A stretch of DNA of 64,000 nt from Callorhinchus milii (Eukaryota): contig NW_024704742.1 of assembly GCF_018977255.1 (NCBI RefSeq), forward strand, positions 54,500,001-54,564,000, given 5' to 3'. The position numbers and the translations under genes are program-made. Shown piece by piece: positions 1-11,940 of the stretch. The notes under the pieces were generated by a model. That model was given only the letters and a program-made list of their open reading frames with translations, was not told where the DNA came from and ran no database searches. Every line of letters begins with the position of its first letter. The stretch's first letter is position 1.

Positions 1-1107
1 TAAACCCCAAAAGCTACTCTCGAAATCAAAAGTTAGTACGTTATTCAAAACTATTAGAACTTGACTCAGCGAACCAATCCATTATTGTTTAATGATCAGT
101 TTCTCAAGTATTTACCCTCGAAAATACAACATTATTGGATTAAAAATAAAGTCACAAATACTATGCTAATAAAGACTACAGCATTAGCAAAAGCATTCTG
201 GTTTTTAAATATATTTGACATTGCAAATTCTACAAGTTAATGAGTTATATATACATGCCATGATACTTTGAATGAAATAAGACACTGGAACAAAACCTTT
301 AAAGAAAGGTATAAAATGGTCTGTAGAATATATTATGGTAAAATTATTGGATCAACTTAGTTGGCAATAAAAGCTCCACTACATATTTCAGTTTCCCAAA
401 CATGTGTCTCCTATCTAGACAGACAGTCTTCCTTTTAACTAAATTGATCAATTGGTTAATGATTTTAGCATTCTGGCAGTGGCTAAGAAAAGATACAGAG
501 TAAGACTGTCATGGTGATAGTGACAACAGAAATACAAGTTTGAAGTATTACCTGAGGCAAAGAGCTATTGTTATCCATTACAAGAATTTTTAAAAGAAAA
601 ACTGTAGCAACCATTTGCTAAAAGACTGCAAATGTCAATTAAACGTGGTACATTTTTTAAAATGTAACCCTTTGTGTATAAAGTACATGGATGAAAAGAC
701 GAAAAGTATAAATGATAAAACACTACATACCATAAATAACAATGCTCCTCATAGAAATATCAGATTCTTTAAAGCTGTTTCTTGTTATTGTGGCTGGAGA
801 TATATTATTGTGACACCAGAACTCATGGCTGCATTCATTGTAACTTCCATTTTGCGATAGTGTGATAGTGTTTCCATATTTTGATTCACATCTGTTTTAA
901 CAGAACCAGAAAATAATTTTCTGTTAAAACAGACCACTTGGCTAGTAATCTAATGGCAGTTTGTGCATTTAAAAAAAGTAACATTATTAATTTGTCTCTG
1001 CTAATGTACCAATTTGACAAGAAAATAAGCATTAGTATTTTTTCTTGTACATTTAATACGGTTCAATACTAGCTTTCTGCAAAATCGCTTATTCTGTTTG
1101 CCTAGAG

Positions 1108-1311
1108 CAGGGTGGCCAACCTTTTTTGTCAACCAACCAAATAAATTTTTCTTGATTGAATATTTCTTGATTTATGGCCCCACTATAAATATCACTGCTC
1201 AGTAGCTACTGGAAACAAAATATTGATTTAACACAGATTTATCTAGACAAGTATAAATGTTCAGCCGGCCACTTCTTGATGCCCCCACAGGCTACAGGTT
1301 GGCCACCACTG
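1108..1311. mobile_element. hAT (Charlie-like) non-autonomous MITE, ~204 bp
   Basis: TIRs CAG-GGTGGCCAACC and GGTTGGCCACCACTG; flanks gcctagag/tctaagag resemble the NTCTAGAN target; internal gctcagtagctactggaaa is shared with the copy at 17682. Confidence 0.8.
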
Positions 1312-2459
1312 TCTAAGAGAATGCACAGTCACTATACTTTACAGTAAATTGTGTGAAACACTTTGATGGGTTCTCTCAATGTGAAAGGCATTATATCAAA
1401 TTAAACCATTATTATTGTTATAATTCCTCTAAAGTTGACAAAATGCTTATGTGTTTCAACTACAATATTAGCAATGTTGTATGTATAACATTCAGCCTTA
1501 TATTGCAGCCTTAAATACAAGAAATTATTTTTTAATATTAATTCATTTTAATATTAATATCACTGAACTAATGATTTAGCAAAGTTGATGTAATTTTGGA
1601 AATATTTTAAAAATACATAATAAATCTGACATTAGTGTAACATGAAATCACAGATTTTTAGAAACATGCACCTTCAGTTAATATATTTATTCTTCCTGAC
1701 TGACAATTACTTTTCTGAGACTTTATATTGTTGCACCGATTATTCTGCAGTTTTAAAGGAATATTTTGACAGCAAATGTATCAAATGTACTTTGCCCACA
1801 AAATACACAGTCAATTCACTTTACTTTGTAAATACTTTGTGAAGCTGCTTTGAGATGTCTCAATAATGTGAGATGTGATAATGTGATAAGACACTATATC
1901 AAATGCAAGGATTATTATTATTGATTATGAGTTGCGGGAGTTCTTTCATGAGGGCAAATGACCCTTAACTTATTAAAACTGCAAGTCAACAAATAAATAC
2001 TAAATAATAATAATAATCCTTTTATATTGGGAGGACATCTCAAAGTGCTTGCAGGATATACTGTAAAGTGGAGTGATTGTATCTTGTGAGCAAATTACTT
2101 ATGCTGGCTTGAATGCTTGAAGCTTACTGTCACTCCTAGCTGCTCTGGTTCTTTGATTGGCAAGACTAAATATTCAGTCTTTTTAAATAAATTCTGGAGC
2201 TAAGCGAACTACTGCCATTAAATGTTATCTTTCAAATGTGAGCTACTGTGGGCAGTGAAATTACCAGTTGCACTCACAGACAGAATGATCTCTCTTCTCA
2301 AGTCAAATCCGTTCAGCTATGAATTTCTTTCATGCAGACATAAATTGATGCTACAGGGCATCATTATCTTTTGATCATAAAACTAGATTAGTGAGTAGCC
2401 TTACTACGAATTTAGCTTTTTTTAAACAAAGTAATATAAAGTACCATAGCATCGATTTT

Positions 2460-2615
2460 TGGAGTGCTGCATTCTCAGCTTTGCTGTCCATTGGATACAG
2501 TGATAAATGTTAAAGTGAGGTCCCATCTGTCTGTTCGGGTTCATGTCAAAATTCCATGGCACGTCAAAAAGTGACGGGAGTTTCTCCCGATGGTTCGGCC
2601 AACAATCCCCCAAAC
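2460..2615 (+). mobile_element. Old Deu-domain SINE fragment
   Basis: gtgctgcatt...gctgtcc..tggat...gttaaagtgaggtcccatctgtctgttc...ccatggcac matches the other Deu copies in the window. Confidence 0.7.
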
Positions 2616-2699
2616 TATTGCCTACACTGCACAGAGTAACACTTGTGCCTGATTCTATAAGCCTAATCTGAATGTCTGACATAGTAAACAAAAACTCTC

Positions 2700-2835
2700 G
2701 AGGCAGGCCCAGACCTCAGGTTAATGGCTCATCCGAAAGACAGCACCTCCTACAATGCAGCGCCCACCACCACAACACCCGCCCCCCCTCCACCCCCGCC
2801 CCGACACTGTATTAACGTCAGCCTGGACTATGAGT
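2700..2835 (-). mobile_element. Old Deu-domain SINE fragment with C-rich insert
   Basis: ctcatccgaaagacagcacctcctacaatgcagc...gtcagcctggactatg. Confidence 0.7.
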
Positions 2836-3751
2836 GTATGGAGGAGAAGAATGACTACTTTGACCCAAAGTTGGGAACTGTCCAATGATGTTCCACTAGA
2901 CAACCACCTTGAGCCAAGAGGAGTGTCTCCCCATATTTGGTGGAGTAGATGAATAGCCTCTCGACACAATAAAGCAACAAAATCCATTGCCACCTCTCTC
3001 TTCCCACATCCCACATCAAATTGTGAAGAGAAACTGGTATAGATGAGCAGGGTTTGTGTTGTCTGTTCCCCTCCCCTCTCTCCCCAAGGACAGATGATTC
3101 AGTTAAGAACTGACAATCATAAAGAGTACTTACGAGAGTTCTCATTAGTTGGAAATGGAGTATCCTATCTTTGGCAAGGGGTTTGAGTTTATGTCAGACT
3201 ACTCCTGACTGACGAGAAAAAAAGATTTTCAGTTCCAGATCCTGATTGAATACACTGACAATAAATCCAGATGTAAGACTGGAAAGTTAAGAAATCAATT
3301 CTGTTTCTTCACCCAAGCAGTACTTACTTAAATCTACCCATTTGGCAGCCAATAACTGATTTGTGTCATTATAAATACCACAGCAAGGACATTACCTTTA
3401 TCAGAGGAGATAAAATCTGATGTGTGGATCAGATCTTTTATATCAAAGGCTTTTATGATATATAGGCTTGGCATAGATGTTCAGACTAGTCTGGTCAAAT
3501 GTTTGCTGAGGGGAAGAGACTGGTAATAATGGTAATCCTTGCATTTGGCATAGTACCTTTTCTCATCGGAAGGACGTCTCAAAGCGCTTCACAGGATTTA
3601 CTGTGAAATGGAGTGATTGTATTTGTAGGCAAACATGGCAGCATTATTGCAATGTCCAACAAGCAAATGACCAATTTTATTTGGACAATTGTTGGCCAGG
3701 ACGCCAGAAGAAACCCCCTTCTCTTTTCGAACAATACCATGAGATTTTTAA

Positions 3752-4035
3752 TAATTATAATAATCCTTGCATTCGATGTAGCACCTTATCACACCTTCTA
3801 GACATCTCAAAATGCTTCACTAAATATCTTGGAAAGTGAATTGACTGTAAATTTTTGCGGGTGAAACATAGCAGCTAATTGCGCACAGCAGTGTCCCACA
3901 AACAGTCGTGGATTGAGTGACCAAATTATTATTATTATTTATTTTGAAGGGATTATTACCCCAGAAAGCAATCCACCAATCGACTAACAAGTGGATTTCT
4001 AATTACTGAGTAAACAGAGGCGTGTGGAGTAGCCT
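3752..4035 (-). mobile_element. Young SINE, long variant, head missing
   Basis: (taa)n tccttgcatt tail and body through gtaaacagaggcgtgtggagt. Confidence 0.85.
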
Positions 4036-4126
4036 AATGTCCACCTGAACAGGCAGACGGAACTTCAGTTATCGTCTCATCCAAAGGACAGCACCTCCAA
4101 CAATGCAACACATCCCAGCACTGCAT

Positions 4127-4449
4127 GGAGTCCTGTAGCTCAGTGGTTAGAGCACTCGCTTTACAAGCGAGAGACCTGAGTTCAATTTCAGACAGGGCGA
4201 AACCTTGGATAAGTTTCCTTACTCCACACGCCTAATAATAATCCCTCCAAAAAAACAGAACAATAATAAATTGGTCATTTTCAATCCACGACTGTTTGTG
4301 GGACATTGCTGTGCGCAATTGGCTGCCGCGTTCGCCCACAAATATACAGTCAATTCACTTTACAGTATATTCTGTGAAGCGCTTTGGGACGTCTAGAAGA
4401 CGTGAAAAGCGCTATATCAAATGCAAGGATTATTATTATTATTATTATT
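4127..4449 (+). mobile_element. Young tRNA-Ala-derived SINE, short variant, full length
   Basis: A-box TAGCTCAGTGG, degenerate B-box GTTCAATTTC, CTCGC..GCGAG anticodon stem, L2-like tail, (ATT)n; near-identical to copies at 15532 and 53681. Confidence 0.95.
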
Positions 4450-5004
4450 GAAGTGTCAATTTAGACTATGTGATTTCAAATCCCGATTTAAATTCACAGC
4501 CTTTTGACTCAGAGGCGAAACTGGTATCACTGATATATCCAGATGACTTTTACAAGGGTGATAAATACACTGAGTATTACAGTAATCTTTTCACAAGCAA
4601 AGTGTGCAGCAGGTAGAAAGCAATAAATGAAAATGACCTCCTCCAGATAAAGTGCTGAGAGCTTGTGCACATTCATCCTTTCTGCATATCTTAGCTCTGT
4701 AATTACACTTTGAAAAAAACTGATTAGGAAACTGCTGTCCTTACATTCTTTTTTTGAATTGTTCTTTTATTGAATAGCCTGCAAGGACATCTGTTTAAAG
4801 CTTCAGAAATCTGCAAAATCATTTTTCCAATTGCCATTTAAAATTTTTGTTAATGTTAAAACGATTAGAATAGTTGATTTTTTCCTCTTTTTGCCAATGT
4901 TTTTTCACTACTACCTTGACCAGTTGCATTAATCTAATGTTATTTTGTCAGAGATCGATGCCATTTTATTTGAACAAAATTCTAAACTTTTGTCATGAGA
5001 ACGA

Positions 5005-5385
5005 ATGCATTGCAGTGTTCGTGGTTACTCTTGCTTCTGAGTTCGAACATTGTGGGTTCAAGTCCCACATCAGAACTTTGAGCTCATGGTCTGGACTGAC
5101 ACTTTTGGGGTTGCTGTCCTTTAGATGATGCAGTATCAAATGAAGTCCAGTCTTCCTGTTAAGAAGGACAATAAAGACTATTTAAACAGACAGGAGATTT
5201 TCTCCAAATTTCCTAACCAACAACCTCCAGGCAAAATTCTGTTTGTGAGCCATTGGTTTGTGTAAATTGTCTGCTGTGTACTTCTACAAATATACAGTCA
5301 CAACACTTTACAGTAAATCCTGTGAAACACTTTCAAATGTGTTTGATAACATGTTAAGACACAATATCAAATACAGGGATAATTG
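5005..5385 (+). mobile_element. Old tRNA/Deu SINE
   Basis: gttgtgggttcaagtcccac-like head, Deu core, ctgtgaaacacttt...atcaaatacagggat tail. Confidence 0.7.
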
Positions 5386-6212
5386 TTTGTTTTAACATAG
5401 TACCCCAAAAGGTTATAACATTCATGTGAATTGCTATTTATTTATCTAATATGTGAGAGTAATATTCACAAGTTTATATTTTATATATGGATGAGAAGGG
5501 AATAGAGGGGTATTGGAGAGGGGAATAGGAGAGGTGGAAGCAAACTACAAACATTTGTGCATCTACTTTTCTACGTAAGCTATCTTTATGGCTTATAGCC
5601 TAAACTTTATGAAGAATTGGAATGACTGCATTTTAGAATTCTTGACTTATCCAGAGATGTAGCAGAAGGTATCACTTTCCCGAGGGTTTTAGTTTAATTA
5701 TTCAAATTTGTTACAAGGTCTGCTATAAATCCTTCCTCCTACAAATGAGACATGAGAGGACAGATTACAGTTGCTGGAAGCTTTCAGATGGACTTGAACC
5801 AGCATATATTAACAAGGGTTTTCTGCTAAGCAGATTATCAGTGGGGCCTCTCCAGCACAACTCGCTCGGGGCGCACCCACCAGGTAGCCCACGAGTGCAC
5901 CCAAAATTGTCTGAAGTAAGGGTACAGAAGGAGGCTCGAGATGTAACCAAAGAGCGTCCCGAAAATATATGTACAGTAAACGTGTGCGTACGGTGCACAT
6001 CAAGGCGTCTTCCGAAAGCAGCAAGTGCGCCTTACGAGGGTGTGTGACGTCACAGTTAATCAAAAAAATAAAAATAAAAAAGCAGCAACAGCAACAATGG
6101 CCTGGCAGCCACTGCCACTCGGCCATGACCTGGGGGATGCTGTCCCACTGATCGCTCGCTCCCGGTCTCTGCGTGCGGATTTTGGCTACCACCCCGACCC
6201 GAGCCTCCTCCT

Positions 6213-6357
6213 AGATGTCTCTCCTCCCACCCCCACTCTATGTCTCTCCTCTCACCCCCCTTTATGTCTCTCCTCCCACCCCCCTCTGTGTCTCTCCTCG
6301 CACCCCCCTCTATGTCTCTCCTCTCATCTCCCTCTATGTCTCTCCTCCCACCCCCTT
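6213..6357 (+). repeat. 24-bp tandem repeat (~6 units, ctatgtctctcctcccacccccct) near the L2 5' end
   Basis: Reads as repeated LCLSSHPP or MSLLPPPS in the ORF track. Confidence 0.9.
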
Positions 6358-7824
6358 CTATCCGCTACTCCCCCTCGATCCTTTTCTCCCACCGCCCTCC
6401 CCACCTTCTCTCTCTCCTCGACCCCATCACCACTTCCCTCTGCTCCAGCCTGGGCATCCTCCGCTGGATCCATCGTAGCTCCCGGCACTGGCTGTCCCAG
6501 AGCAGCAACCCCACGTTTCCAATCATTCACTCCCTCTGCTCAAACCGCCTCCTTAAGGCATATCCAACTTCCCCCTCCTTCATACGTACCCTCCCCAACT
6601 CTCTACTTACACCACCCGCAACAACCATCTCTCCTGCACAACCCAAAATCCTCTCCGCACCACTCTCTCCCTCCATCTCTCCAGCAAACCCACCCACATT
6701 TCCCTCCAAAATGTCCGTTCCCTCTCAAATAAAGCCCTCACCATCCACGACCTCATCCTGGATGAGCCGCTTGAATTCTTGGGCTCACCGAAACCTGGCT
6801 CTTCCCCAATGACCCCGTACTCCTAGGGGAAGCCTCCCCTCCAGGCTACACCTTCCACCACACTCCCCATCCAAACCAACATGGCGGTGGGGTGGCCCTC
6901 ATTTCCAAAACCTCCCTTGGTCTCAACCCCTACTCCTCTGGCTGCTTCCCCTCCTTCGAGCACCTCACCCTCTTCCACCCTGCTCTCCCTTTGAAAATCC
7001 TCCTTATCTACCACCCTCCCAAGCCCCCCAGCTCCTTCCACACAGACATCTCTACCCTCCTCTCTTCCCTGTCCTCTGCTCCGAGAGCCTACTCATAATG
7101 GGCGATTTCAACCTCCACCTAAACTCCCCCTACACCACTTCTGCCGATTTCACTGCCCTCTTCTCCTCCCTAAACCATACCCTCCATATAAATTCACCCA
7201 CCCACAACCGTCGTCATGCACTTGACCTCGTCATCACCCATGGCCTTGACATTTCCGACCTCAGCATAGTGGACAAGGCCATCTCAGACCACTTTTTCAT
7301 CTCGTTCTCCCCTCACATCCCTCTCTCCTCCAACAAGCCCTCAACCATCCTCTACCGCCCTTGGAAAAGGCTAACCCCTGAGACCCTCACAAAGGTCCTC
7401 TCATCATCAAATATCCTATCTCTCTGGCCTTCCACCCGTGGAGATCCTGAGCAGCCGTTCAGCTGCTCCATGATCGCCTCTCCTCCACCTTCAACTCCCT
7501 TGTGCCCCTGATATCCAGAACCATCTCCAAACCCACCTGATACCCCTGGTACAACAACCATCTCCGCCACCTAAAAGCTCAAACCCGTCTGCTTGAGTGC
7601 AGACAGCGGAAAACTGGCCTGAGGGTTCACTGCTAACTGTGGCTCAAGATTCTCCACAGCTACTGCCATTATTTGACTCGTGCAAAAACGCCCTTCTACT
7701 CCAACATCATCTTGGAGGCTAAACACAACCCTAAAATCCTTTTTTCCACCACCCACTGCCTCCTCCGTGCCCCCCACCTCAGGCCTCATCAATCTTTGTA
7801 ACAAATGCCAGGTGCGAGGAGGTC

Positions 7825-8940
7825 ATGAACTTCTTTTCTTCTAAAATACTTAACATCCGCCAGGCAGCCTCATCATCTGCTCCTACCACCACCCCCATTC
7901 TACATTCCTTCCTATCCATCTCTCCCTCCTCCCTCTCACCGATCAGAACCTCCACGAAACCCACCACCTGCTGCCTCGACCCCCTCCCCACCAACTTGCT
8001 GGTCACCCAGCTCCCCCTCCTCTGCCCACTACTGGCCGATGTCATCAACCAGTCCCTCTCCTCCGGATCAGTCCCTGCCTCCCTCAAAACTGCTGTCATC
8101 ACCCCACTCCTGAAAAAACCCTCCCTAGATCCCTCAAACCTCAACCACTACCGCCCTATTTCTAGCCTGCCCTTCTTCGCAAAAGTCTTAGGATGCGTTG
8201 TTGCCAATCAATTTCGCGCCCACCTCTCCTCCCACTCCCTCTTCGAACCCCTCCAGTCCGGTTTCTGCCCTGCCCACAGTACAGAGACTGCGCTTGTGAA
8301 AGTCACAAACGATATCCTCTCAATCTGTGACCAGGGCTCCCTTTGTCTCCTTGTCCTCCTGGACCTCTCTGCTGCATTCGACACAGTCGATCATGCCATC
8401 CTCCTCCACCGCCTTTCCTCCGTCATCCACCTCAGTGGGACCGCACTCGCCTGGTTCGAGTCCTACCTCACAAACTACCAGCAGTACATCTGCACAAACG
8501 GCTTCTCGTCCTGCTCTCACCCGGTCACCTGGGGGTTACCCCAAGGATCCATCCCTGGCCCCCTCCTCTTTCTGATCTACATGCTCCCTCTTGGGGATGT
8601 CATCCATAGATGTGGGATACACTTCCACATGTATGCAGATGACACCCAACTCTACTTTTCCACCTCTCTTTGCGACCCCCAGTTCCCTGATGTTCTGTCA
8701 GACTCCCTGTCAGATCTCAGGGGCTGGATGAGCGCAAACTTCCTTCAGCTGAACGTTGACAAAACGGAAGCCATACTCTTTGGCTCTCGTCAACGTCTAA
8801 AATCTCATGGCTCTCACCTCCTCCACCTACCTGACCTCCCCCTAAAACTCTCTGAACCAGTACGCAACCTTGGCTATCCCCAATTATCCTTACTTCCCCA
8901 CATCCGGTCCCTCACCAGCACTGCTTTCTTCCACTTCTGA
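7825..8940 (+). pseudogene. L2 ORF2 reverse transcriptase, longest open segment (371 aa)
   Basis: CCLDPLPT, AVITPLLKKPSLD, QSGF...HSTETAL, PQGS, YADD. Confidence 0.92.
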
Positions 8941-10619
8941 CGCATCGCCCGTCTCCGCCAATACCTCTCCCCAAAAAGCCACTGAAACTCTGGTCCATGC
9001 CTTTGTCACCTCTCGGCTGGACTATTCAAATGCCCTCCTCGCCCCTCTCCAATCCATTACCATCCATAAAATCTAAATCATTCAAAACTCTGCCGCCCGC
9101 ATTCTCATCCGCAAGCTCCGTTCCCCGATCACCCTGGTCCTTGCCAGACTGCACTGGCTACCTATCCCAGAGAGGATCGATTTCAAGATCCTCACCCTTG
9201 TATTCAAGTCCCTGGACTCCTCTGCACCCCCGCCACCTCTCTGACCTCCTTTCTCCTCAAAACAGAACCTGTTGCCTTCGTTCCTCTGGGTCTGGCCTCC
9301 TCCTCATCCCCTGTGTCCTCCGCTCCACCCTCGGCAGCCATACATTCAGCCACTATGCCCCGAGGCTCTGGAACTGCATTCCTTACTCCCTTCGTCTCGT
9401 TCCCTCCCTTCCCATTTTCAAGTCTCTGCTGAAGACCTTTCTTTTCGACCGCGCTTTTGGTCACCTTCCTCTCCCTCCCTCTGGCTCGGCCCCGGGATCT
9501 GTTACTGTAAAGTGCTCTGAGACGCCGTCTGGCATGGAGGGCGCTATATAAATGCAAGTTGTTGTTGTGTGCGGGCACACACATGCATGTGGTGTACACA
9601 GGGGTGACTCACGACTGTGTTAAAGAGAGCGTCTCAAAAAATGTGTGCACAACCTGTGTGTGGTGAAGGAATGTACCTTAAACAACAGAATGTTTTTTTT
9701 TGTATCGGGAGAAAAGGAAAAAATTCTAACAGAAGATGCTGTGTTTGTTTGGAATTTCTGATGTACTAAATATTATATTTATAAATATATATTTTCAAGA
9801 AAAAGATTGTCAATCAACAGGTATCCTCTTAAGAGAAAAACATTGTACCTCTGTTGCTGAAATTTGATTGTTTATGGATCACATATGATGAGGGAATGTT
9901 GCTTACTAACCTTGTGTTAACCTTTTAGTAAAATAGGAACCCAAAGTTCCAGAAGTCATCATATTTGTGAGGAAAAATAAACCCAATATTCAGTGACATT
10001 GATCAACATTTTTCTGCTTTAGATTTTTCCAGCAATTAAGTTCTAATTGCCTTTACAAATATGTATTTGTCTGGAAAATAGATAGAAATAGGTGGATAAT
10101 ATGTAAACTATTGATAAAGTCGGCAGAATGTGTAATTATGAGTGGATATGGAAAAAAAGACATGTACTGATCATTGGGGCAAATCAAGCGTATTTCTTCA
10201 GAGAAGTCAATCTCATTTAATGTTTTACATGTTCCAGGTTCATAGTCTAATTTTTTTTTGTCTCCTGGGTGACTGATGAATGTGGAAGTCCATTACTATG
10301 TTTAGGCATAGCCAAACAAAATGATCGAGAGTTCAATATGCATGGAAATTTCCATTTGTCTGGATGGAGAGCACCCTCTCTTCTAGGGAGGGAACATTGG
10401 GATATTGCTAGAGTTTAGCCAACTGTGCATCTTACCATTGAATTCCAATTTCATTAGGAGTGCATACCTCAACTAATTTTAAGTCTATAAATTAATATTT
10501 TTGTGCATTTGTAATCATGGAATACATTGCATTAATGTAAATTATGCCCAATTTCATTTGTCATGTTTAATTTTCCAGTCAGTTTATACCTAGTATATTA
10601 CTGCAAACTGTAAACTCAT

Positions 10620-10915
10620 GCTCTTGCCTGACACTCCAGTCTAGTGCTGAGGGTGCACTGCATTGTTAGTGGTGCATTCCTTCAGAATAGATGTTAAACC
10701 AAGCTCCAGTCTGCCTTTTCAGGTAGACATTAAAGATCCTATGACTCTACTCGACAAGAGAAAGGAGTTCTTTCCAGTGTCCTGCATTCCACCAGCTATA
10801 AACTATAAACTTAATTTCTGGAACACTGCTGTGCACAAATTTTTTGCTGTGTTTGTCTACAAACACACAGTCACTACTGTAAACTTTGCAGTGCTCCAAG
10901 ACACTGCCCTGTAAA
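10620..10915 (+). mobile_element. Old Deu-domain SINE
   Basis: ctgacactccagt...gctgaggg...gatgttaaacc...aggtagacattaaagatcctatgac. Confidence 0.75.
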
Positions 10916-11154
10916 TAACATAAATAATCCTTGCATTTGACAGAGCACTTTTCACATCTTCTTGATGTCTCAAAGCGCTTCACAGAATAGATTGTAAAGT
11001 GAATTGACTGTATGTTTGTCATGTTTGACAAATATGTTATTATTATTAGGTGTGTGGAGTAAAGAAACTTGCCCAAGGTTTTGCCCTGCCTGGAATTGAA
11101 CCCAGGTCTCTCGCTTGCAAGGCGAGTGCTCTAACCATGGAGCTACAGGACTCC
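10916..11154 (-). mobile_element. Young SINE, short variant, internally deleted
   Basis: Intact head and tail; central body missing around 11020-11040. Confidence 0.9.
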
Positions 11155-11519
11155 ACGTATGAAGGATGCTACAAAAATATAAACTATTATTGCAGTTGCC
11201 CAACATTATAGATATTAAGGCAATAGTTATGTACCCATCTCCACACACCTCACTTAAAAAAGTGATTATCTTGTAGCTTCAAACTGAATTCAGACCAATC
11301 TGAATTCCATTAGAGTAGACGGTCAGACCACAGCTCCTTATCCTGTGAGGCTCCCCTTCCTTCATTGTAGATTCCACCTGCACTGACTGTGAAGTTACAA
11401 TATTTTAATGTGTATGTTCGCAACCTTTGCGTTGATAATAACCTGTTCTGAATTCCCTAATTAGCTGGAGTATAGTATAGTGGACAAATCACTGTATCTG
11501 AATTAATTCCAACAATTTT

Positions 11520-11940
11520 CACTTATTCACATAACTTAATGCCAAAAAGTACTTCAAAGAGATGGAGTGGGAGCTTGAACAGGGTGTTGGAGATAGGCCA
11601 CATAAGAAGGAGGTGACCACAGGATCAGTCACAGTAGTTGTCTTAGAACGGATTCTGAGACGAGAGAGAGAAGGAGGATGCTTAGGTAAGGATTTAGAAA
11701 AAGAGTTCCAGAGAATTGGGTCAACATGGTATGAAAGCTTATCCAATGATGATGGGTGGAAAGAGGGGGAACATACCAGAGTTGCAGAGAGAAGGGGTGG
11801 GTGGGACAACTAGGACTGCAGGAAATTACAGAGGTAGGATAGGGCAAGAGCGGTGCAAGCTCATTTGAATTTTGAGTTACTTGTCTTGTGAAGGTTGAGT
11901 GGAAAGGCCAGCAAGGAGGGAACTGGAGGAGTCAAACACT
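11520..11940 (-). mobile_element. Old L2 3' fragment
   Basis: Purine-rich strand with gagttccagagaattggg; translation includes LWNS. Confidence 0.55.

Larger units (their letters stand above)
3525..4535 (-). mobile_element. Old tRNA/Deu SINE split by two younger SINE insertions
   Basis: Collinear pieces at about 3525-3750, 4036-4126 and 4450-4535, compared with the near-intact copy at 49240-49652. Confidence 0.75.
5989..9566 (+). mobile_element. Apparently full-length single-ORF L2 LINE, inactivated by frameshifts and stops
   Basis: APE motifs NVRSL, LTETWL, GGGVA, GDFNLH, LDLVIT, SDH; RT motifs YRPIS, DLSAAFDTVDH, PQGS, YADDTQLY; (GTT)n tail; 7-bp direct repeat GTGTGCG at 5982-5988 and 9567-9573. 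Confidence 0.93.

Noticed and set aside
6025..6732. 235-aa ORF as L2 ORF1 or a host protein
   Set aside because: Low-complexity Pro/Ser read-through of a C/T-rich strand and minisatellite; the ORF2-like peptide is in another frame
5813..9845. hAT element hosting the L2 (caagggttttctgctaag / cttaagagaaaaacattg)
   Set aside because: Only 14/18 terminal match and no 8-bp TSD
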